Shown piece by piece: positions 30,500 through 45,180 of a DNA stretch of 64,000 bases; position 1 is the first letter of the stretch, and every line of letters starts with the position of its first letter. Location: NCBI RefSeq assembly GCF_009914755.1, contig NC_060948.1, one strand, 5' to 3'. The notes beneath the pieces are model-generated. The model was not told the DNA's origin. It saw only the letters and a program-made list of their open reading frames with translations, and did no database searches. The position numbers and the translations under genes were made by a program. The stretch comes from the human T2T-CHM13v2.0 reference genome, Homo sapiens.

Positions 30500-30589
30500 T
30501 ATTAGACACTTGTTAGGTGTCTCAAAATCAACTGAATTCATAATGTCCAAAACTGAACTTATATCAATTTCTTTGCAATGCATATATAG
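30500..30589 (+). mobile_element. L2 fragment (left part of the L2 split by Tigger1)
   Basis: aggtgtctcaaa...atgtccaaaactgaact resembles the L2 3' region. Confidence 0.5.
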
Positions 30590-30591
30590 TA

Positions 30592-32541
30592 CAGGAATAT
30601 CTTATTTTATTGCACTTCACTTTATTGTGCCTTGCGGATATCGTGTTTTTTCTTTTTTACAAATGGGAGGTTTGTAACAATGCTGTGTTGAGCAAGTCTA
30701 TTAGTACTATTTGTTCAATAGCAAGTGTTCACATAGTATCTATGTATCATATTTTTGTTATTCTAACAATATCTCAAAGTTCATTATTATTATTATTATA
30801 CCTGTTATGGTGATTTTTAATCAGCAGTCTTTGATGTTACCATTGTAAGTGTATGGGATGATGAATCACTCCCATATAAGAAAGAAAATGTAATTGATCA
30901 ATTTTGTAGATGTTTTGACTGCTCCAACTACCAGCCATTCCACATCTCTCTGCTTCTCCTTGGGTCTCCCCCTTTACTGAGACATAGTGCTATTAAAACT
31001 GGGCTAGCTAATAACCCTATAATGGCCTCTAAGTGTTCAAGTGAAATGAAGAGAAACAAATCTCTCACTTTAACTCAAAAGCTAGAAATGATGAAGCTTA
31101 GTGAGGAAGTCATGTCTAAAGCCAAAACAGGTTAAAAGCTAGGCCTCTGTGCCAGTTAGTCAAGTTGTGGAGGCAAAGAAAAATTATTTGAAAAAAATTA
31201 AAAATGCTGTTCCAGTGAACACACAAATGATAAACAAGCAAGACACCCTTTTGCTGATATAGAGAAAATTTTAGTGGTCTGGATATGAGATCAAATCACA
31301 TAGTATTTTCTTAAGCTAAAGCCTAATTCAGAGCAAGGCTCAAACTCTCTTCAATTCTCTGACGGCTGACAGAAGTGAGGGAGCTGCAGACAGAAAATTT
31401 GAATCTAGCTGGGGTTGGTTCATGAGGTTTAAGGAAATAAGCCATCTGCATAATATAGAAGTGCAAGGTGAAGTAAATGCTAATGGAGAAGCTGCAGCAA
31501 TTTATCCAGAAGATCTAGCTAAGATAATTGATGAAGGTGTCTACACTAAATAACAGATTTTTAGTGTAGATTAAAAAACCATATATTGGAAGAAAATGTC
31601 ATCAAGGGCTTTCATAGTTAGAGAGAAGTCAATGGTTGTCTTCAAAGCTTCAAAGGACAAGCTGACTTTCTGTTAGGGACTAATGCATTTGGTGGCTAAC
31701 TTGAAGCCAGTGTTCATTAACTATTCTGAAAATCCAAAGGCCCTTACAAATTATGCAAAATGCACTCTGCCTCTGCTCTATAAATGAAACAACACAGCCT
31801 TGATGAGAGCACATCTGTCTTCAGCATGGTTTACTAAATATTTTAAGCTCACTGTTGAGACCTACTGCTCAGGAAAAAAAAAAAATCCAAAATGTTACTG
31901 CTCATTGAAAATGCAGCTAGTCATTTCAGAGCTCTGATGGAGATGTACATGATCATTAATGTCCTTTTGATACTTGCTAACACAACATCCATTCTATAGC
32001 ACATGGCTAAAAGAGTCATTGGGACTTTCAATTCTTATTATTTGATAAATATATTTTCTAATGCTATAGCTACCATAGATAGTGATTTCTCTGATGCATC
32101 TGGGAAAAGTAAATCGAGAACCTTCGGGAAAAAACTTGCCATTAAAGATGCCCTTAAAAATATTTGTAATTCATGAAAGGAGCTTAAATTATTAATATTT
32201 ACAGGAGTTTGAGAGACATTGGTTCCAATTTTCATGGATAACTTTTAGTGGTTCAAGACTTCAGTGGGGGAAGTAATTGCAGATATTGTAGAAATAGCAA
32301 AAATACTATAATTGGAAGTGGAGCCTGAAGATGTGACTGAATTATTACAATCTCATAATGAAAATTGAAAAGATGAGAAGTCATTTCTCATGAATGAGCA
32401 AAGAACATAGTTTTATAAGATGAAATCTACTCCTGGTGAAGATGTCGAGGACTTTGCTGAAATGACAAGAACGGATTCAGATTATTTCATAAATGAAGTT
32501 GATAAACCAGAGACAAGGTTTGAGAGAATTGACTCCAGTTT
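30592..32541 (+). mobile_element. Tigger1 DNA transposon, left part with dead transposase
   Basis: TA then caggaatatctt...ttattgcacttcactttattg terminus; ATG 31022 reads MASKCSSEMKRNKSLTLTQKLEM, with later stops and frameshifts. Confidence 0.93.
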
Positions 32542-33235
32542 TTTTTTTTTTTTTTTTTTTTTTTTAAGGTTAAGAGGTATATGCTTGTTGGCCACATGCA
32601 TGTCTTCTTTTGAAAAGTGTCTATGTTCTTTGCCCACTTTTTAATGGGATTTGTTTTCACTTGTAAATTTGTGTAATTTCCTTATAGATGTTGGATATCA
32701 GACCTTTGTCAGATATCCAACAAATGTTTAGCTTGCAAATGTTTTCCCATTCTATATATTGTCTGTTTACCCTGTTGATAGTTTCTTTTGTTGTGCAGAA
32801 GCTCTGCAGTTTAATTAGATCCCAGTTGTCAATTTTATTTTTGTTGCAATTACTTTTGGCTACTTTGTCATAAAATCTTTTCCAGTCCTTATGTTCAGTA
32901 TGTTACCACCTAGGTTGTTGTCCAGAGTTTTTACAGTTATGGGTTTTACATTTAAGTGTTTAATCCATGTAGAATTGATTTTGTATATGGTGTAAAGAAG
33001 GGGTCCAGTTTCAATTCTCTGCATATGGTTAGCCAGTTATCCCAGCACCATTTACTGAATGAAGAGTCCTTTCCCTACTGCTTGTTTTTTGTCGGTTTTG
33101 TCAAAAATTATACGGTTGTAAGCATGTGGCCTTATTTCTGGGCTATCTATTCTGTTCTATTGGTCCATGTGTCCTTTTTTTTTTTTGCACCAGTACCGTG
33201 TTGATTTTGATTACTGTAACCCTGTAGTATAGTTT

Positions 33236-34020
33236 TGATATGGACAGGAGGGAGGGAAATGCTGAGAAGAGGGCAGTTCCCTGACAAAGGCCCCACCCTC
33301 AAGCCCAGAAACTGCATTCCTAAATGAGAACAGTTATACCTGTTTTCCCACGTGACTGTTGCTTTTTCCAAAACCACCCTGGCACATCATGCCCCCCATC
33401 GTGTACCCATAAAAAACCCGAATTCCACTGGTAGAAGAGTAGAGCAGTGTGGCAGAGGAGAAGAGAAGAGAAGAAGCAACTGAGAGTCAGAGACTACAGA
33501 CGGACGTGGCTTAACTTCAGACAGCATGTCTTTGGAGAGGAGCTCAGCCAGAGCCAGCCGGGCTTCAGGAAATAATCACCTTCCGCATCTTTCCACTTCC
33601 AGCTCCCCTTCCACTGACAGCCACTTTCACTACTTAATAAAACCTCCACATTCACCATCCTTCAAGTCCATGTGACCTGATTCTTCCTGGATGCTGGACA
33701 AGAAACCCGGTACCAAGATGGCAGGGTGTAAGAGGCTTTCACCCTGACTCTTCACTGAGCTGGTTAACACTTAGCCATCTGCAGATGACTAATATTAAAA
33801 GAGCTTTGTTTGTAACACACACCGTCTGGGGCTCCAGAAGTCATGGGCAACCACTAGATGGCCATGGGCTGGTACAGGGTTTGTTCCTGCCAGCTCCTAA
33901 AGGCACTTGCCCCAGCTCCTGCATCAGCTCATCTATGTGCTCCCCCTTCCACAAGGGTTTTGAGCCCAGCCACATCCTGTTGCAAGTCACTTGAGGGGGT
34001 CAAGGAAATGTCCTTTCTCA
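33236..34020 (+). mobile_element. ERV1 solo LTR (MER50-like), 4-bp TSD
   Basis: TG...CA ends, TSD gttt; removal restores L1 gtatagtttgaagtcagg; AATAAA at ~33636. Confidence 0.85.
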
Positions 34021-34639
34021 GTTTGAAGTCAGGTAGCATGACACTTCTTGCTTTGTTCTCTCTCCTTTGGATTGCCTTGGCTATTTGGGCTAGTTTTAGC
34101 TTCATAAAAATTTTAAAATAGCTTTTTCTAGTTCTTTGAAGAATGTCACTGGTAGTTTGACAGCCGTAGCATTGAACCTGTAAATTGTTTTTGACTGTGT
34201 GGCCATATTAATGACACGAATTCTTCATTCACAAACATAAAAGGGTTTTCTATTTGTTTGTGTCATCTCTGATTTCTTCCAGCAGTGTTTTGTAATTCTC
34301 ATTGTACAGGTCTTTCACTTTCCTGGTTAGCTATATTCATAGGTATTTTATTATTTTTGTGGTACTGGAAATGGAATTGTGTTCCTGATTTTGCTTGTGG
34401 CTTGGCTGTTGTTGGTGTACAGGAGTGCTAGTGTTTTTGTATGTTGATTTTGTGTCCTGAATCTTTGCTGAAGTTGCTTATTAGTGTAAAGAGTTCTGGG
34501 ACCAAGACAATAGTTTTTTTTTATAGATATACAATCATGTCATTGACAATTATGGATAGTTCAACTTCCTCTCGTCCAATTTGGACACGCTTTATTTACT
34601 TTGCCTGCTTGGTCTGGCCAGGACTTCCAATGTTATGTT

Positions 34640-35050
34640 TGATATGGTTTGGATCTGTGTCCTTGACCAAATCTCATGTTGAAATGTAATCCCCAATGCT
34701 GGAGATGGAGCCTCATGGGGGCTATTAGTTCATGGTGGTGGTTTCTCATGATTTAACTCCATCCCCCCTTGGTGCTGTCATTGCAATAGTGAGTTCTCAT
34801 GACATCTAGTTGTTTGAAAGTGTGTGGCACCTCCCTCCTCTCTCTCTTGGCCTTGCTCCTTCCATGCAAGATCCTATGCCTGCTTTGCCTTCTGCCTTGA
34901 GTAAAAGCTCTCTGAGGTCACCCCAGAAGCAGATGCTATCATGATTCCTTTGCAGACTGCAGGACTGTGAGCTAATTAAACATTTTTTTTTTTTGTAAAT
35001 TAACCAATCTCAGGTATTTCTTTATAGGAATGTAAGAATGAACTAATACA
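34640..35050 (+). mobile_element. MSTA/MSTB solo LTR, 5-bp TSD
   Basis: tgatatggtttgg...aactaataca; TSD atgtt on both sides. Confidence 0.93.
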
Positions 35051-35703
35051 ATGTTGAATAGTAATGATGAGAGAGGACATCATTGTCTTTTGCCAGTTTT
35101 CAAGGGCAATTCTTCCAGCATTTGTCCATTCAGTATAATGTTGGCTGTGGGTTTGAAATAGATGACTCTTATTATTTTAAGATGTGTCCCTTCAATACCA
35201 ATTTATTGGGAATTTTTAACATAAAGAGATGTTAAATTTTGTCAAAAGCTTTTTCTGTATCTGTTGAGTTGACCATGTTTTTTTTGTCTTTAGTTCTTTT
35301 TATGTGTTGAATTATGTTTATTTATTTGCATATGTTGAACCAATCTTGCATCACAGTGATAGCCTACTTGATGATGGTGGCTTAGCTTTTTGATGTGCTT
35401 CTTGATTTGATTTGCTAGTATTTTTTGAGGATTTTAGCATCAACGTTCACCAAGAATATTGGCTACAGTTTTCTTTTTTGTTGTTGTGATTCTGCCAGGT
35501 TTTGGTATCAGGTTGTTTCTGGCCTCATAGAATGAGTTAGGGAGGAATCCTTTTTCCTCAATTTTTGGGAATAGTTTCAGTAGAAATAATATCAGCTCTT
35601 CTATATACATCTGATAGAATTTGACTGTGACTGCATCTGGTCCTGGGCTTTTTATTTTTGGTTGGTTATTTATTACTGATTCAATTTCAGAGCTCTTTAT
35701 TGG

Positions 35704-37998
35704 TGTACTAGTTCATTCTCATGCTGCTATGAAGAAATACCTGAGATGTGTACTTTATAAAGAAAAGTGGCTTAATTGACTCACAGTTCTGCATGGCTGG
35801 GGAGGCCACAGGAAACTTAAAGTCATGGCAAAAGGCACCTCTTCACAGGGTGGCAGGGGAGATAATGAATGAGGGCTGAAAGAAGGGGAAAGCACCTTAT
35901 AAAACTATCAGATCTCATGAGAACTTACTATAATGAGAATAGCATTGGGGAAACCAACCATGTGAATCAATTACCTCTCACCAGGCCCCTCCCACAACAC
36001 ATGGAGATTATGGGAATTATAATTCAACATGAGATTTGGGTGGGGACACAGCTAAACCATATCATTCTACCCTGACCTATCCCAAATCTCATGTCCTCAC
36101 ATTTCAAAACACAATCATGCTCTTCCAACAGTCTCCCAAAGTCTTAATTTATTCCAGCATTAACTCAAAATTCCAAGTCCATAGCCTCATCTGAGGTAAG
36201 GCAAGTCGATTCTGCCTATGAGCCTGTAAAATCAAAAGCAAGTTAGTTACTTCCTAGATACAATGGAAGTTCAGGCATTGGGTAACTACATATGCTTCAA
36301 ATGAGAGAAATTGGCCAAAACAAAGGAGCTACAGTCCCCACTCAAGTCAGAAATCCAATACGGCAGTCATTAAACCTTAAAGTTTGTTTGACCCCATGTC
36401 ACATCCAGGACATGGTGATGCAAGAGGTGGGCTCCCACAACCTTGGGCAGCTTTGCTCTTGTGGCTTTGCAAGTTATAGCCCTCTGTACTGGCTGCATTC
36501 ACAGGCCAGCATTGAGAGTCTGTGGCTTTTCCAGGTGTATGGCAGAAGCTGTCAGTGGATCTACCATTCTAGGGTGTATAGGATGCTGGCCTTCTTCTCA
36601 CAGCTCTTCTAAGCAGTGCCCCAGTGGGGACTGTGTGTAGGGTCTCTGACCCAACATTTGCCTTCTGCATCACCCTAGCAGAGGTTCTCCATGAGGGCTG
36701 TGCCCCTGCAGTGGATTTCTTCCTGGACATCCAAGCATTTCCATACATCCTCTGAAATCTAGGTGGAGGTTCCCAAAGCTCAATCCTTGTCTTCTGTGCA
36801 CTTGCAGGATAAATACCAAATGGAAGTTGACAAGGCTTATGGCTTACACCCTGTAAAGCAATGGCCTGAGATGAACCTTGGCCCCTTTTAGCCATGTCTG
36901 GAGCTGAAGCAACTGGGACACAAGGCACCATGTATCAAGGCAGTATGGAGCAGGTGGGCCCTGGGCCCAGCCCAGGAAACCATTTTTTCCTCCTAGGACT
37001 CTGGGCCTGTGATGGGAGAGCCTGCTGCAAAGGTCTCTGACATGCACTGGAGACATTTTCCCCATTGTTTGGGGATTAACATTTGGCTCCTTGTTACTTA
37101 TGCAAATTTCTGCAGTGAGTTTAAATTTCTCCTGAGAAAATAGGTTTTTCTTTTCTATCACACTATCAGCCTGCAAATTTTCCCAAACTTTTATGCTCTG
37201 TTTCCTCTGGAATGCTTTGCTGCTTAGAAATTTCTTCCACCAGATACCCTAACTCATCTCTCTCAAGTTCAAACTTCCACATATCACTAGGACACAGGCA
37301 AAATGCCATCAGTCTCTTTGCACAGCAAGAGCGACTTTTACTCCAGTTCCTAAGAAGTTCCTCATCTCCATCTGAGACCACCTCAGCCTGAACATCATTG
37401 TTCATATCACTGTCAGCATTTTGGTCAAAGCCGTTCAACAGGTGTCTATGAAGTTCCAAACTTTCACATCTTCCTGTCTTCTGAGTTCTCCAACTCTTTA
37501 GGAAGTTCCAAACTTTACCACATTTTCTTGTCTTCTTCTGAGACCTCCAAACTGTTCCAACCTCTGCCTGTTACCCAGTTCTAATGTTGCTTCCACATTT
37601 TGGGGTATCTTTATAGCAGCACCCCACTGTCTGCAGTACCAATTTACTGTATTATTTCATTCTCATGTTGCTGTGAAGAAATACAGAGACTAAGTGATTT
37701 ATAAAGAAAAGAGGTTTAATTGACTCACAGCTCTGCATGGCTGGGGAGGCCTCAGGAAATTTACAATCATGGTGGAAGGCACCTCTTCACAGGGTGGCAG
37801 GAAAGAGAATGAGCGAGAGCTGAGTGAAGGAGGAAGACCCCTCAGATTTCATGAGAACTTACTATCATGAAAATAGCATGGGGGAAATCACCTACATGAT
37901 TAAATTACCTCCTACCAGGTCCCTCCCATGACACATGGGGATTATGGGAACTACAATTTGACATGAGATTTGGGTGAGGACATAGCCTAACCATATCA
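35704..37998 (-). mobile_element. Full-length THE1 (THE1C-like): 3' LTR 35704-36064, internal, 5' LTR 37648-37998
   Basis: Two homologous LTRs, internal MaLR ORF relic (LLNGFDQNADSDMNNDVQAEVVSDG), TSD att(g/a)g. Confidence 0.95.
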
Positions 37999-38384
37999 AT
38001 TAGTATGTTCAGGGATTCAATTTCTTCCTGGTTCAGTCTTCGGAGGGTGTATGTGTCCAGGAATGTATTCACTTCTTCTAGATATTTTAGTTTCTGTGCA
38101 TAGAGGTGTTCATACTAGTCTCTGATAGTTATTTGTATTTCTGTCATGTTACTAGTGGCATCCCCTTTGTTGTTTCTAATTGTTTTTATCTGGATCTTCT
38201 TTCTTTTCTTTTTTATTAGTTTAACTGGTGACCTATCCATCTTATTAATTTTCTTCAAAAAAGCAACTCCTGCATTTGGTTATCTTTTTCATGTCTTAAT
38301 CTTGTTAAGTTCAGCTCTGCTTTTGCTTATTTCTTGTCTTCTGCAAACTTTGGGATTGGTTTGCTCTTGCTTATCTAGTTCTTT

Positions 38385-38846
38385 TGTAGCGGGACGAGAT
38401 GCAGACAAAATCCCTCAGACACCGAGTTAAAGAAGGAAGGGCTTTATTCGGCCAGAAGCGTTGGCAAGACTAACATCTCAAAAACCGAGCTCCCCGAGTG
38501 AGCAATTCCTGTCCCTTTTAAGGGCTTACAACTCTAAGGGGGTCCGCATGAGAGGGTCGTGATTGATTGAGCAAGCAGTGGGTACGTGACTGGGGGCTGC
38601 ATGCACTGGTACTTAGAATGGAACAGAACAGGACAGGGATTTTCACAATGCTTTTCCATCCACTGTCTGAAATCTATAGATAACACAAGCAGTTAGGTCA
38701 GGGGTTGATTTTTAACTATCAGGCCCAGGGTGTGGTGCTGGGCTATCTGCTTGTGGATTCCATTTCTGCATTTTAGTTTTTACTTCTTCTTCCTTTAGAG
38801 GCAGAAATTGGGCATAAGACCATATGAAGGGTGGTCTCCTCCCTTA
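38385..38846 (-). mobile_element. LTR2-family (HERV-E/Harlequin) solo LTR, 4-bp TSD
   Basis: Minus strand taagggaggagaccacccttcatatggtcttatgcccaatttctgcc...cccgctaca; TSD cttt; 462 bp. Confidence 0.85.
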
Positions 38847-41800
38847 CTTTTTGTTGTGATGCTAGGTTGCTAAATCAAGATCTTTCTAACTTTTGATGTG
38901 AGCATTTAGTGCTATGAATTTCTCTCTGAACACTACCTTAGCTGCATCTTAGAGATTCTGCTTTGTTGTATATTAGCTCTCATTAGTTCCAAAGAACTTC
39001 TTGATTTCTGCCTTAATTTCATTATTTACCAAAAAGTCATTCAGGAGCGGGTTGTTTAGATTCTACTCAATTGCATGATTTTCAGTTATTTTTGTAGTCT
39101 TGGATTCTATTTTTATGATTTTGATTCTTTTGAATTTGCTGAGAATTATTTTATTTTGGATTGTGTGGTCAATTTTAGTGTAGGTACCTTGTGAAGATGA
39201 GAAGAATGTATATTCTACTGTTGTTCAGTGGACAGTTTTGTAGATGTCTATCAGGTTTATTTGGTCCAGTATTGAGGTCAGGTCCTGTATATGTTTGTTA
39301 ATTTTCTGTCATGATGATCTGTCTAATACTGTCAGTGGGGTATTGAAGTCTCTCACTATTCTTGTGTGGGAGGCTAAGTCTCTTTAAAGGTCTCTAAGAA
39401 CTTCCTTTATGAATCTGTGTGCTCCTGGGTTAGGTGCATGTATATTAGGGACAATTAGGTCTTCTTGTTGAATTGAACTCTTTACCATTATGTAATTCCT
39501 TTCTTTGTCCTTTTTGATTTTTGTTGGTTTCAAGTCTGTTTTGTCTGAAATTAGGATTGCAACTCCTGGGTTTTTTTCCATTTGCTTCATAGATTTTTCT
39601 TCGTCCCTTTATTTTGAGCTTATGTTTGTCACTGCATGTGAAATGGGTCTTGTGAAGACAGCATAGTATTGGGTTCTCTTTCTTTATCCAGCTTGACACT
39701 CTGTACCTTTTATTTGGGGCTTTTAGCCCATTTACATTCAAGATTATTATTGATATATGTTTATTTGATCATGTTACAATGTTATTAGGTGATTGTTATG
39801 CAGACTTGTTTATGTGGTTGCTTTAAATCACTGGTTTGTGTACTTAAGTGTGTATTTCAGTGACTGGTAACAATCTTTCTTTCTCATATTTAGTGTTTCT
39901 TTCAGGAACACTTGTAAGGTCTAGTGGTAACTAATATCCTCAGCATTTGTTTGTCTGAAAATAATCTAATTACTCCTTCACTTATGAATCTTAGTTTGGC
40001 CAGATATAAAATTCTTGGTAGGAATTTCTTTTCTATAAGAATGTTGAATATAGGACTCTAAGCTCTTCTGGCTTGTAGGTTTTCTGCTTTGAGGTCTGCT
40101 GTTAGTCTAATGGGCTTCCCTTGGTAGGTGACTTGCCCTTTTCTCTAGCTGCCTGTAACATTATTTTTTATTTTTGACCCTGAAGAATATGATGGTTATG
40201 TATCTTAGGGACAATCTTCGTGTGAAGTATCTTACAGGGGTTCTCTGCATTTCTTGAATTTAACTATTTACCTTACTAGCTAATCTGGGGAAGTACTCAT
40301 GGATGATATTCTGAAATATGTTTTACTAGTTACTTTCATTCTCCCCTTCTCTTTCAGGGATGCCAATGGGTCATAAATTCAATCTCTTAATTCCATGTTT
40401 CTTGGAGATTTTGTTTGTTTCTTGTCATTTTTTAAATTCTTGTCTGACTGTCTTATTTCACAAAGCCAATCCTCAGGTTTGGAGATTCTTTTCAAAGCTT
40501 GGTCTATTTTTCTATTAATATGTGTGATTGCATTATGAAATTCTTGTAGTGTGTTTTTCAGCTTGATCAGTTCAGTTACTTTTCTATACCAGCTACTTTG
40601 TTTGTCAGCTGCTGTATCATTTTACTGTGATTCTTAGCTTCCTTAGGTTGGGTTTCAACATATTCCTAGATCTTGATCTTCATTCCTATGCACATTCTGA
40701 ATGCTATTTCTGTCATATCAGCCAACTCAGCCTGGTTAAGAATTCTTGCTGGAGAAATAGTATGGACATTTAAAGGAAAGAATGCATTCTGGCTTTTTGA
40801 GTTGTCAGAGTTCTTGTGCTTGTTCTTTCTCATCTGTGTGGGCTGGTATTCCTTCAATCTTTGAGGTTATTGTCTTTGGGAATTTTTTCCTTTTATCCTA
40901 TTTGATATCCTTTAGGGTTTGATTATGATATAACGTAGGTTTAGTCTCCTGGCTTCATTTCTTGAAGGTTTTAGGGGAGCAAGGCTCAGCTCAGGACTCC
41001 TTGACTGCATCCTCTAACTCTGGGAGAATGGCATCAAGCCCTGGCTTTGTTCTCTGTCTTCTCTAGGTTAGGAACCTGAGTGCTAGAGAGGCCAATGTGC
41101 TTTCAGACTGATGGTCATGACAGTCCAATGTGTGGTGCCAGCCAAAGTACTTTATATGGCAGTGGTAGTGGGATCCATCCTTGTCACACATGCCAGCAGT
41201 AGCAGCAGTGGGAACATGGTGGGGTGCATATTCGTTGGCTGTGGCAGGGTGTTAGCAGGTGTTTAGGTGCCAACCTCCAAGCAGATGTTCACAGCAGCAG
41301 TGGTGGCAGCACAGCTAGAGTGAATGCCAGGCTAGTGTCATGGGCAAGGCCAGCAGACTTAGGGGTGCTCAGGTTGGATGGGCTTCTTCTCATGGGCAAG
41401 ACTGGCATGCAGAGTTTAGGTTCCACAGTTCCCCTAGGACTAACATCTCCTATGGAGTCAAGTTGAGCCTAGGGAGATGGCCATCCCTGACCATGCTTCT
41501 CTACAGACACTCACACCAAACCCTCTGGACTCTACACTGGCTGGAATTCTGCCCCTACCATAACTCTTAGCAGCTCTCTCTGTCAACTCAAGTGTCCATG
41601 GTGGTTGAGGAGTCTCCTTCTGCCAGTATTCCAGAGACCCGTGGTGAGAACAGGTTGTTGATTGCTTGTTCAACTCACCCTTTTCCTCAGGGTTCTTAGG
41701 GGCTAGGAACAAGCCCTGATGCACAGTAGACCCGTGCAAGGTTCCTAGCTTCCTCCCCTTTCAGCCCAGCATCTGTGTTTTTGCTCCATCCACTGTCAAT

Positions 41801-41911
41801 GCCTTCTCTGTGAAGATCTACTGAGAGTGTGCCAGTCTTCCTGAAGTCCCATTTTTTTGGTGGGAGATGTTTATCCTGGCTGCATCTAATCAGCCATCTT
41901 ACCTCCTTCTC

Positions 41912-42336
41912 TGATTCCAGTTTTAAATGAAATTCTACTACGGGTAAAATTCAGTGAAAAAGCATCACTTGTTATGGAGAAAACTTTTATGAAAGGGAGA
42001 GTCAATTGATGCAGCAAATTTTAGTGTTGTTTTAAGAAATTGCCATGGCCAACCCCAACTTTCAGTAATCACAACCCAGATCAGTCAGCAGCCAACAATA
42101 TCAAGGCAAGACCCTCAATCGGCAAAAAGATTCTGACTCACTGATGGCTCCAATGATTGTTAGCATTTTTCAGCAATAAAATATTTTTAATAAAGGTATA
42201 TGCATTTTTTTGGACATAATGCTATTTCACACTTAATATAGTATAGTGCGAACAGAACTTTTATATTACTACCAAAATTTGAATGACTTGTTTTATGGAG
42301 GTGCTCTGGACCCAAACTATTTCTGAGGTATACCTG
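41912..42336 (+). mobile_element. Tigger1, right part with terminal inverted repeat
   Basis: gatcagtcagcagcc...caaggcaagaccctc...; ends ctgaggtatacctg. Confidence 0.9.
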
Positions 42337-43530
<1,194 letters not shown>

Positions 43531-43717
43531 TAAAAGAAACAAAGAGAGTGAAAGAAGTAATACACACACACACATAAAAAGAGAAAGAGAATTCTGTACG
43601 TGTTCTTGTATTTGTGTAACATATTTAATATTGATTGTCCCTGTCCTAGGATTTATGTGATAACTTATTTGAAAAAGACAAGATTTTAGAGTTTTTCCAG
43701 AGACACAATGCTGAGAG

Positions 43718-43917
43718 CAATGCTGTCCAGTGGAACATCCTGCAATGATGGCACTGTTCTTTATTGGTACTGACAATAGAGTAGCTACTACTTACATGTG
43801 GTTGTTAAGCAACTGAAATGCAGCCAGTGTGACTGAGAAAGTAAATTTTTAATCTTATTTTATTTTGACTATTTTCTATTTAAGTAAATACATGTGTCTG
43901 TGTTGCATGGAGCGGAT
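43718..43917. mobile_element. MER3-like hAT non-autonomous element
   Basis: gctgtccagtggaacatcctgcaatgatgg...tagctactacttacatgtgg...agtgtgactgagaaagtaaattttt. Confidence 0.75.
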
Positions 43918-44568
43918 ATAGAGATCAATTTTAAGCAGGATAAATTCATAAAGAAGCCTAGTATGTCCCTGGTAGAAGTTAAATTATCTTCCAAGCCCTC
44001 AGATTTTTCACCTTCCACTAATTAAACAAAATATTATGAAATCCTAAAGTTTCCCAGAGTTGGCCATTGGATTTCAGAGGAAGGGTAAGGTGAAAGCCAA
44101 GTGATTGAGGATAGGTACTTTCCACTGCTTTCTACTCCTACACTTTCAAAAAAGAGCAGAATTTTGTGTATTTGGTAAATTAATTTTTCACTTAACTTAT
44201 TTGCATAAAGATCTGTACCACTTGAAAATTTTGAAAACCACTACCTTGTATAACAGATTGTACCCATATTCAGAAAGCAGTACACGATATGTTTCCAGTA
44301 TGTGGCTGTACATATTTATAGGAAGGGAAAGTTGCTATTCATGCAGAATGATAGGAGAGGCACAAGATGGTCTCTCTACCTCTGTTTTTTCTCTCTCACC
44401 CACCTACCATAGTACAAATGAATATATGTACATAGAATATGAAAGATGTACAAAACAGGTCTAGAAATTATCTTGTCAAAACTTGTCCCATAACAATGAA
44501 TTCCTAACAGAATACCTGACAAAAGCAAATTAACTGTTTTAGAGCAGAGACTGGAATAGAGAAGTCAG

Positions 44569-45180
44569 TGTAGTTGAGTAACCCAATTTTCCTAAGAGAA
44601 AGATAAGAAGTTATTTTAAAATTATTATTATTATTTTGTTTCTCTTTCCTTCATTCCTCTTGTTCTCGGCTTTCCACTTAGCTCTTTAGAAACACAATTA
44701 TAATCTTTACCTTCCCTTTACCAGACACTCCCTATACAGCAAGCTTATTTATATGCTTATTTAGAAGCTCCAGAGCCAGAACTCTCTCCCAGCAGGAGAT
44801 TTCCTTGAGACAACAGTCAATTTACAACCTAAATTATGCTCACGATGAAACTCTCTCTCACCTGGAAAGCATCTTGCGACATCAGCCACTTTACAACCTC
44901 ACTCTGCCCATAATGGCACCAGCTCAACCACCTGGTAGATAACTCCAAGTCATGTAACTCCCACACCTGCTCACTCTCTTCTCTGCATGCCTTTTAGTGA
45001 AAGCTGCCCTTTAAAACTCCTTTTTTCTGCCCCTAAAGTAAAGCAATTCCCTTAAAGGCAGGAGCCTGTACCTCTTCCCCTGTGCTAAGCTTTGAAACAG
45101 TCACTTCCTTTATACCAGACCTTGCTCTTGTTAATTGAACTCTGCAAGTGGTGAGTGACTGAACTTGCATTTCAGTTACA
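44569..45180 (+). mobile_element. ERV1 MER4-group solo LTR (MER67-like)
   Basis: TG...CA ends (tgtagttgagta...ttcagttaca), near-TSD (t/g)cag; family name tentative. Confidence 0.65.

Larger units (their letters stand above)
32542..41911 (-). mobile_element. 5'-intact old L1 (L1PA13-16-like), interrupted by four LTR insertions
   Basis: 5' end aagatggctgattagatgcagcc near 41900; ORF1 start QMRKNKHKNSDNSKSQ; ORF2 EN motifs NVNGLKAP and GVAILISDK; poly(A) 32539-32566; TSD tga(c/t)tccagttt at 32530-32541 and 41912-41923. Confidence 0.93.

Noticed and set aside
31022-32540. Possible domesticated TIGD/CENP-B-like gene
   Set aside because: Early stop near 31132 and several frameshifts; flanked by Tigger1 termini and broken by an L1
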